Part shown: positions 41,001 to 64,000 of the stretch, in pieces
Position numbering within the stretch: the first letter of the stretch is position 1
Layout of the letters: the number at the start of each line of letters is the position of its first letter
Assembly (NCBI GenBank): GCA_963693365.1
Contig: CAVNZM010000005.1
Coordinates: forward strand, 1,178,001 to 1,242,000
Length of the DNA: 64,000 nucleotides
Source: Amoebidium appalachense
Taxonomy: Eukaryota; Protista; Ichthyosporea
Direction: 5' to 3'
Position numbers and translations under genes: made by a program
The notes under the pieces: model-generated
Database searches by the model: none
Told to the model about the DNA's origin: nothing
The model's input: only the letters and a program-made list of their open reading frames with translations

Positions 41001-42461
41001 TTAGTATGTTGAACCCTTCTTCTCCTCATCACTGTCCTCCACAAACAGCTTGTTGTGCTCAACCTTAAGCACATCGAGCTGCTCCGCTGTGTACTTAGGC
41101 ACCCACCACGTAGAAATGGCACCTCCGAACATCGCCGCGGCGCTGAAAAACATGACTGCTTTCAAGCCCACCTTGTCACCAATAATGGGGAAAGTGATGG
41201 CAGCAATACCAGCACCGACCTTGCCCATAGCGGCGGCAAACCCGTGGCAGGTGGCCTTAACCTGTGTGGGGAAGTATTCACCGGGGATGACGTACGTGGT
41301 GGCGTTGGGACCGAAGTTACCAAAGAAGTAGGTCAGTCCGTAAAGAAGAATGAACAGGGCCGGGATGCCGGAGAGCTGTGTGAACGCAGCACCAAGGGTT
41401 GTGTAGATGGCGGTGAGAATCAGGAAACCGTAGAACTGGATGTTCCAGCGGCCAATGAAGTCCAGCAGGAAGACGGAGAACCAGTAGCCCGGCACGGCCA
41501 TCAGAACGACGTAGAGAGAGTTGACGGCCTTGTCTTCGACGGTGTTACCAAGGCCCATCATGGTGGTGATCATGGTGTTGAACAGGCCGTTGCCGTAGAA
41601 GGCAATGTCCAGGAAGAACCAGGCAAATGCCGTGCCGAGCATTTCCTTCCAGAAGACCCGGATGGCGCTGGACAGGTTGCTCTTGTGCGACACACGCACG
41701 GCCTTGGCCTTCTTGAAGTCGTTGGTCTCATGGAGCTTGGAGCGGAAGTAGAACACGGCAATTGGGGGCACGGCACCGAATGCAAGGGCAAAGCGCCATG
41801 TGACCTCGTAGGGGCAGCCGGCCTTGAGAAGAATAACAACGACAAGGGCAGCGGTCAGCTTGCCGAAGCCTTGCATGGCAAACACGGAGGCCATCATCTT
41901 GCCGCGAAGACGGGAGGTGGTTGCCTCAGCGGCAATGGTGGCGGCCAGGGGGTATTCACCGCCCACACCGATACCAATCATGAGGCGGAAGATGGCCAGC
42001 TGCCAGTAAATGCTCAGCGTGGAGCTCTGCATAACACAGGCGGAGGCAATGGCGCCCAGAATGATCATAATGCACGTCACCATGAAGATAACACGACGGC
42101 CAATGTAGTCAGCAAACCCACCGAAGAAAAGCTGGCCGATGACAGCCCCCCACACGGCAGCCGAAGCGCACAAAGACTTGTCGAAGGTGGTCTGTGGGTA
42201 GAGCTTGGACATGATTGCAAGGACGTTGTTGATGACAAACAAATCGTATGCGTCAGCAAGGAAGCCCGTGCCAACGATGATTACAGCAGCCATGTTCTTC
42301 AGGGTGAAGTACTTTGCGCTGGACGGGGCGCCGGCCGAGTTCCTCTCGGCATCATCGTAGCCCACGGAGAGAGCATTTGCGTCGCTAACATCCAATCTGG
42401 CCCCCTTCTCTTTCTCGTTGGCGGGCACGCCAGTGTCCTCGCGTAGGTTTCGGACCTCCAT
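41001..42461 (-). CDS. PHO84: MFS phosphate:H+ symporter (PHO84/PHT1 family), intronless
   Basis: Single ORF from ATG 42461 (MEVRNL...) to TAA 41001. Motifs GTGFLADAYDLF, GQLFFGGFADYIGRR, GIGVGGEYPLAATIAAE, RGKMMASVFAMQGFG, WFFLDIAFYG and NFGPNATTYVIPGEYFPTQVKATCHGFAAAMGKVGA. Confidence 0.95.
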   Translation of the reverse strand: MEVRNLREDTGVPANEKEKGARLDVSDANALSVGYDDAERNSAGAPSSAKYFTLKNMAAVIIVGTGFLADAYDLFVINNVLAIMSKLYPQTTFDKSLCASAAVWGAVIGQLFFGGFADYIGRRVIFMVTCIMIILGAIASACVMQSSTLSIYWQLAIFRLMIGIGVGGEYPLAATIAAEATTSRLRGKMMASVFAMQGFGKLTAALVVVILLKAGCPYEVTWRFALAFGAVPPIAVFYFRSKLHETNDFKKAKAVRVSHKSNLSSAIRVFWKEMLGTAFAWFFLDIAFYGNGLFNTMITTMMGLGNTVEDKAVNSLYVVLMAVPGYWFSVFLLDFIGRWNIQFYGFLILTAIYTTLGAAFTQLSGIPALFILLYGLTYFFGNFGPNATTYVIPGEYFPTQVKATCHGFAAAMGKVGAGIAAITFPIIGDKVGLKAVMFFSAAAMFGGAISTWWVPKYTAEQLDVLKVEHNKLFVEDSDEEKKGSTY

Positions 42462-44694
42462 TTTCGTTGCGAAGAAGTTGTGTCCTGAGGACGACACGAG
42501 TGATTGACTGACGAAATGGCCAAGGGTGTTTCGATTTATAGTTGCGGGAGAGTGTCAACACATGTGCCACCAGCCAGTCAAAAGCGATAATCGTTTAGGT
42601 TTGGCCCAATAACCCGCGATATCCGTGCCACGCTGTACCATTCTCATTTCCGATTGGATAAAAGCGCATCTTCCCGCTAACCTCAGTATTTGGATCCAAG
42701 GGGGTGCTATGGTGCAATTGCGAAACAGAAATCCAGAAAAATGGATCTTCTCAAGCGGCTGTGATAAACGAAACGGATAGACGGGTTCTCACTTGTTCAG
42801 TTTACTGGTACGTTAAACTTCAATATGATGATATGAAATACATTTTGGCTTGTTTTGGCTTGATGGGAAGGAAGACGCGCCTACGCGCGCGCACCTACTA
42901 ATAGCTATGCATGCATATATGCGCTTACATCTATAGATGTATGTCGATGAATTCGAATTTATAGCTACTTTTTCGTAAAGGCTATCTATCTGAAGCAATA
43001 CTGCAAGCTCTCGGAATACATGTAAAAGAAAAGAAACCAAATTCTTCAGCAATGATTTGCTACCATTTTCAAAAAGCTGAAGGCCCCTCCAAGAAACTGA
43101 AGAAAAAAAATCAGCTCTGCCTAACAACTCTAACTGTAATTTCGTGTCCTGAAATTGCAGGGGAAGGGGTTTTGGAGACTCGCTTAGTGCACGCCTTCGG
43201 AGCTCCCCGAGTCCAAGTAGAACTCGGATTCTGTGTGTACCGTAGTGGAGTAGTAGAAATACAATATTACATACACCATATAACCAAAAATGGAGAGTAC
43301 TATATATAAATGCGTTGATAGGCCATAGCCAAACGATGCTGTTAAGTGATGTTTTTGTTAAGTCTTTGTTTTCTCACCATTTTCAGTAGGCTGATTCTGA
43401 CTGCAGCTGACTGTCAGCTGTGAATCGTACTGCGGAATTCTTTTCGAAGCAGTCTTCAAGTCCGACGTCTAATAATAGATTCACGGCACTCAGGGACAAG
43501 TGCAACGTTAGTTTTTTTGTACAAACCTCGGAGACATGGTCTGAGATCTCGACCCCAGCTCTCTCTTCCCCCCGCCTCCCTCCCTCCCCCCCCCCCCCCC
43601 CCTCTCCCCCCCCCCCCCTTCAAATTCCCTCCTCCCCTATTTTCCCCACCCCGGTTCCCCAACTGAGTTTCTTTTGCATCGCCGAGCTGAATTTCACCCT
43701 TCTCCCCCTCTTCCCTCCTCCCCCCCCCCCCCCCCCACTGTCCCCCTCTCCCTCTCCCTCTCTCCCTCCCTCGTTCTTCCTCCCTGTCTCTCTCTCTCTA
43801 TCCGACTCTCTTTCTCTCTCTCCGACTCTCTCTCTTTCTCTCTCCCCCCCCTCCCCCCCCCCCCCTTCCGCCCGGCCCCTCGCAAAGCTTTCTCTCTCTC
43901 ATTCTTTCCGGCTAACTCTCTCTCTTATCCCTTTCACACCTCCCGTCGAGTCCCTCGTGACTCTTTTCTTAACCCTACTTCCCTCCTGCTGCCTCAAAAA
44001 CTTTCACTCTTTCTGCCACCCCTCATGTGGCCTCCTTTCTGCATCCACATTCGGCATACACATTACATTACCTCTCTCCGATTCATTTGCTCAGCTCCCC
44101 CAGTTTCTCTCTGAGCTGCCTCTCTCTCCCTTTCACCCCCCTCAGTGTCTTCCCCCTACCATGGGCGGATACTCCGTGTCTGCTGTTTCTACTATGCATC
44201 TCCTTATTCAATACTTAATCGGAGTTTTATGCGAACAGTATAAAAGAGAGACTGTTGCAAAGAAGAAAAAAGAAGTAGATACTCACATGCACACCGTGAT
44301 GCGCACACTCATGCACACACAGAATTAGGGAAAAAACCGTAGAGAAAACTTATATAAAATCTTTTTTGGGTTCGTTGCTGTTCGTTGTTTTGTTTTGTTT
44401 TCTTTTTTCTCTTTGGTTTTCTTTCAAATTGCAATAGAATTGAAATAGCATCCGAAGTATGGTTGATGGATGTAGTGTGGTCTGTTCTTCCCTCATCCCC
44501 TCTAACCCTCCCCCCCGGTCCCCAACCTCTGCCCAGGGGCGCGGTTGAGTGGGGCCAGCGGCCCTGTGGCGCTCTGGTGCACGTGGGCTCTCTGGCTCAC
44601 AGTCACGTGCCTCTATTCATCACGTACATCCTCTGTCTCCATGTCCCAACACCCTCCCCGCCTGGGGCCTGGTTCCACGTGCCCCTCAATGTCC

Positions 44695-44727
<33 letters not shown>

Positions 44728-45657
44728 CCCCCGGCCCCCCGTCTCTCCTGCAGGTGTGCCCACTCTGCCTCACGTACATGCCCCCACCTGGCACGCCCTG
44801 ACTGTGCCCTCTAGCCTATGTACGATAAATAGACCCTGGATGTCAAGGGTAGAAGAGAGGCACGTGAGCAGCCACTCTCCAGGTTCGTCCGGCCAAATGA
44901 AAATAAGAGCTGCGTTTTGCAATGTTTGATGTTTGAACGGGTAGCAAGGAGCTGTAGCAAGGCCTACTACATTAGGAGGCCTTGACGGGTACCGCTCCCC
45001 CGGTGCTGCCCAGTGCTGCCCCTGCCAACACTGTAGACTTACGTAAGGCAGATGCGTCTTCCGGCTCCCTATTCGATAGGAGCGCAGTCGAAAAAACAAT
45101 GGAATGTGTAAAAAAAACAAAACAAAAAAAAAAAACAAAAAAAAAAAAAAAAAACGGGGAACCCCAACTAATTGATTTCTCCTTGTAGTCTTTATGGTGT
45201 CTCGTAGAGAAAGTAAACCCTGATATATAGTCACCACCCGACATCTATGTACGTGATCATGATATACCGCTGAGGGGATATTCCGAGCAAAACCCCCCCC
45301 CATACCTGAGACTGGTTCTCTTTGCCTCGAGTAAACAGCGTAAACCCCCGAATGTGTATCAGTAGATCATTCTACGATCTGATTGGCGAGATAAAATGTC
45401 GGAGATCTCGGAACACAACTGTGTGCGGTGAGCCTGTTGCTGTTACAACTGCAAGAAAGGCCGAAAGGGGAAAAAAATGTTTGCATGGTGTTGATTGCAT
45501 CATACAGGAGCTATAGAGAGCTGGCCATCCGTTCATCCCCTGCTTGCTAACGTTGAACTCTTGTAATTTCCCTGAGCAGTAGCTACAGCACATCTTAAAT
45601 TGTAACTGCATGGGTGATTGGTAGGGCTCATGGCCCAACACGAAAGATCTCGTCAAC

Positions 45658-60376
<14,719 letters not shown>

Positions 60377-61701
60377 ATGCGTATGGAAAAAATGGTTCGA
60401 TTCATGGAATGTGGGCTTTAGAAAGGGGGGTTTGCTAGGTATGTGGTTGTAATCGAAATGGGCATTAGTTGAAGGACCGATACGTGTTCAGGATGGGCGT
60501 GTATGGATGATCATCTTTGGGCGTTTTTTTTGCACTTGTAAGGTGTACTTGTAGGCACACTTTGGGCTGTGGTATCCACACCCTTTCTTGTTAAAAAGCC
60601 ACCATGACAATATTTCTACATTTTCATATAGTTTTATCAAAAAAAGAGAATAAAAAATAGCATAAGGAGATGCCACTCATGGAAGTATTGGGTGCATATG
60701 GGTGGGGGTGTTTGGTATGAATGAACTACTGTTAGGAAGTTATCACACACAGGGACTCAACAAATACATTTTCCTGCACAATGCATGCGACAATGCACCA
60801 CGGTTGAGAGCTTGGTTTTGACTGGTTGCACAGACTCGACGGCTTTTTTTTAAATAGAGAAAGGGGTGGGAGGTAAGAAGGAGATGATAACCGATACTGG
60901 CGGTATAATATTGGCATGAAGGAAGAGTAGCCGTGTTATAGATAGCCACATGGACAGTTCAGGCCCAGTTCGATAAACAATATTTAAGGGTGCAGCTGGT
61001 CTGCACAGCAATAAGGGCAGATTACTATATATGGTTATCAGTTGGAGATTTGACCAAAATCTCCTGAATAAATAGTAAACATGCATGTCTTTCTCCGTGC
61101 AGTGACACGTGTGTTCGCTGGGCTGTCGCGGTCTTACGTGTTAGTTAGGTAGTGCACCCTCATTATCAATGCCCGAGATGGGTGGCCTGAGGTTTAGGCC
61201 GGAATTTTAAACTCGTAGCCATTGCTTAGAGCAGCCTGGCCAAGAACATAATAAAGTAATACGTAAACAATTGCAAGTGTGGCAGCTATAGAGGAGGTGT
61301 GGTACCATCTGCAAGTAAGTGTGCAAAAGAAAAAGGTGCGCATGCCGTATGCATGCACCAGACAGAGCCCATATGCATACATGCTAGGTGTTACGATGCA
61401 AAACCTCTCACATGCATCCAGACACCGTGGTCATATCGTCAAATCATCGTGGTTGCAGTTGTTACTGAGTTTCCAAATAACACTGGGGGTGTATCGTAGT
61501 AACGGTACGGCCGCGGTAGCGGATGTGCTGGTTTGTGGGTATTGCGCATCACACTGTGCACTGTGTGCGGGTATGTGCACGTGTACGATGCAAGTGTGTG
61601 TGCGTTTTTGTGTTAACAGTCTAGACATGCTGGTGTGTAGATTTTGTGCGGCGGTGTGTGGCAGAGTCTGGGGTCATTATCGATTTGGTCGAGGGATGCC
61701 A

Positions 61702-61743
<42 letters not shown>

Positions 61744-61908
61744 AAATACTCAATAAGTTGCACAGCTGACTGCACTTTTTATTTGGTAACTCTAATCATG
61801 ATCGACACGGCACCGTAATACCATTGAATCTGGCGTGCCACATTTTTTCTACTTGAGCTGCCACTAAGGAGTCAAGATCCAGGCTGTAAGTCCATTACTA
61901 TTCATTAA

Positions 61909-61955
<47 letters not shown>
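61909..61955. repeat. (AAT)n microsatellite
   Basis: Directly visible. Confidence 0.9.
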
Positions 61956-61959
<4 letters not shown>

Positions 61960-62442
61960 GGTGGGAACTTTCGTAAGCTCCGTGCTAGCTCCCAGGTGTC
62001 ACTTGAATGCAGTTCCCGCTCGGTGGCAGTTGGCTGATTATAATTCCTACCTTAAATACACTGCTCACAGCTCTGATATTCTAACAAAAGCTCGTGCAAA
62101 ACACGTGAAAGACGTACAACTATGTGTACTGAAGCCAAGCAAATGGTCAAATACCGACGACCATACCAACACCTGTCGGAAAAGTGCGCCTACTACAACC
62201 ATACCAAACACGCGCACCTTTAGCTGCCTGGTATATAGGGCAGTTTGCATGACCTATGGATAATAACCAACTAGAGAAACTAGAGAAACATTCGTAAAAG
62301 GTATTGATAATTATATGGTTAAGGTAAACGGCTGGTCTTTGCTCCATGAATTCACCACAGAGGAATAAGATACCTCACAAAACTAGAACTATATCACGAT
62401 GAGGTAATGATAAAAACATTAAGGTTCGATTAACGAGGATGA

Positions 62443-62658
62443 AACCATGCAATTGCGGCGATCAGTCTCCGGGCCAAATTCATATGAAAAACAGGGTTAC
62501 ATCGAGAGTGAAAAGGTACACCAATAATGCGCTAGAGCTATAATTATCATGCAAAAATTATAGCTCTAGCGCATTATTGGTGTACCTTTTCACTCTCGAT
62601 GTAACCCTGTTTTTCATATGAATTTGGCCGGGAGACCGATCGCCGCAATTGCATGGTT
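62443..62658. repeat. Long near-perfect inverted repeat (103-bp arms, 10-nt loop); foldback MITE or hairpin-RNA candidate
   Basis: Arm 62443-62545 is the reverse complement of 62556-62658 with 2 mismatches; the loop is ATCATGCAAA. Confidence 0.9.
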
Positions 62659-62773
62659 CCAGCTACCTTAACAGCAGCAAGGCGGAACGCAGGCATCGGT
62701 ACGACTTATGGTAATAGAAGCAAACAGCACGTGCACGGGCACATGTGCACATTATCCCCCCCCCTTCCCTCCT

Positions 62774-63446
62774 CTAGTCCAGCTTTTTAGCCAGCCTCTG
62801 CTTGAAGACGATGGGCAGCAGGGACACAAAGCCCAGGGCCACCAGGCCGGCCATGGACCAATAGGACATCACCTCCCCCGTGTGGCTCAGCTGCTGCAGC
62901 GTCTGCCCGGCCTTGATGAAGAACATGGTCGGTGGGCCAACCCCTGATTGGTTAGTTAAAAATTAGTGTACTTTAATACGTGATGGATGGGGCCACCACT
63001 GATTGGTGCATAATAAATTAGCGAGCTTTAATACACAATGGATGGGCCCACCCCCTGGATATCGATTGGTGCGTTAAGAAGTAATAAATTATCATGCAGG
63101 GTCGGTGGGCCCACCTTTCATTGGTTCGTTATAATCTAATCCAGTATGATGGATGGTCGGTGGGACCACCCCTGGTTTGTGTGTTAAAATTTGGTAAATT
63201 ACTAACTAAATATCATTGGATGGGTCACTTGAACCTAACACGACCCCGGCTGGTAGGTGAATTGGAGCTTAGAGACCAAACGTGAGGTTGGTAGTCATCT
63301 CAGAAGCTACGGCATGGACTGAGCAATTTGGGGCGTGTGTGTGCACGTCTCTATTGTTTAGCGTACACGTGATGGCTTAACGTTACTTACGATTTTTGGC
63401 CCATGTAGAAAGAAGGAAGGGGAAACACCTAAGGGGAATGGGGCCT

Positions 63447-63497
<51 letters not shown>

Positions 63498-63637
63498 CCA
63501 ATAAAGGTGCCGATAAAAAATGGAGTTACTTTCACGTTCAGCACGGGGGAGGCTATGTTGATGAACCAATTGGGGAGAAAGGGGGTGATGCGGAGAAAGA
63601 CAATGTAGTTGGCCATATCGGACTGGTGGTGTGCAAC
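62774..63637 (-). CDS. TMEM41B: TMEM41B (VTT/DedA/SNARE-associated domain lipid scramblase), last two exons; 5' part beyond the window
   Basis: Exon 63637-63499 (VAHHQSDMANYIVFLRITPFLPNWFINIASPVLNVKVTPFFIGTFI) joins in phase to exon 62943-62774 (GVGPPTMFFIKAGQTLQQLSHTGEVMSYWSMAGLVALGFVSLLPIVFKQRLAKKLD*). FLRITPFLPNWFINI is characteristic of TMEM41. Confidence 0.9.
62925..63230 (-). repeat. Degenerate ~55-65-bp tandem copies of the TMEM41B last-exon acceptor region
   Basis: The plus-strand motif (GGATG/GGTCGGT)GGG(C/A)C(C/A)ACC..CTG(A)TTGG recurs about 5 times between 62925 and 63180; the first copy spans the real exon start. Confidence 0.7.
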
Positions 63638-63668
<31 letters not shown>

Positions 63669-63670
63669 TG

Positions 63671-63777
<107 letters not shown>

Positions 63778-63811
63778 GTGTGAATTATAAAGCACAGTGC
63801 GGTATTCGTTT

Positions 63812-63852
<41 letters not shown>

Positions 63853-64000
63853 TATGATCAGCTGGAGACCTCACATCTGTCCCGACAACTCTCTAATGGG
63901 TTACGGGGCAGGTATGCAAAGCCTCGAATGCAAAATCGCTGAGTGCAAGATCTCGTGACTACCCACAATACCCTGCATTCTTCGAGGTGGTGGGACCGGG

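Noticed and set aside
41055-42446. 463-aa plus-strand ORF
   Set aside because: It is the antisense shadow of the PHO84-type gene, expected from its strong codon bias, and has no recognisable motifs.
44975-45432. Possible extra 5' exons of the EF-hand/PIP5K gene (EALTGTAPPVLP...; MSEISEHNCVR)
   Set aside because: I could not join them in phase to the 45625-45821 exon with canonical sites, so the 5' end is left unresolved.
62925-63230. Repeat-spacer pattern resembling a CRISPR array (also 30282-30750)
   Set aside because: The repeats are degenerate and intronic, the TMEM41B ones derive from the adjacent exon junction, the context is eukaryotic, and there are no cas genes.

Overview
Eukaryotic nuclear DNA from an intron-rich organism. 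Its introns are full of poly-C/poly-G and (CA)n/(GT)n microsatellites, and almost all ORF-track entries are artefacts of these repeats. TMEM41B, Sen15 and p23 similarity suggest a unicellular opisthokont or holozoan, but this is not proven. I spliced eight protein genes by hand, checking GT/GC-AG boundaries and reading-frame phase: (1) 3' part of an Msp1/ATAD1-related AAA ATPase (+, ends 5828); (2) secreted bacterial-type GH10 xylanase with 3 introns (+, 11894-14508); (3) secreted Cys-rich/cbEGF/Thr-Pro-stalk tyrosinase (-, 23948-16483); (4) tRNA-splicing endonuclease subunit Sen15 (+, 27346-31590), largely missed by the ORF track; (5) Hsp90 co-chaperone p23 (+, 34590-38937) with a GC-AG intron; (6) intronless PHO84-type phosphate:H+ symporter (-, 42461-41001); (7) NCS/calcineurin-B-like EF-hand + PIP5K fusion (+, ~45658-60376); (8) 3' end of TMEM41B (-, 63637-62774). 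Non-coding features: a 2.8-kb non-autonomous hAT-like transposon with 12-bp TIRs and an 8-bp TSD (7460-10271) carrying a decayed LINE-like fragment; five copies of a ~150-bp structured intronic element embedded in poly-C; a 103-bp-arm hairpin; and recurrent tandem duplications of branch-point/3'-splice-site units. The most notable signals are the intronic element family, a possible microsatellite-based splicing code, the NCS-PIP5K fusion, the EGF-tyrosinase and the GH10 with an altered substrate-binding motif. Family assignments come from recognised motifs; no database searches were run.
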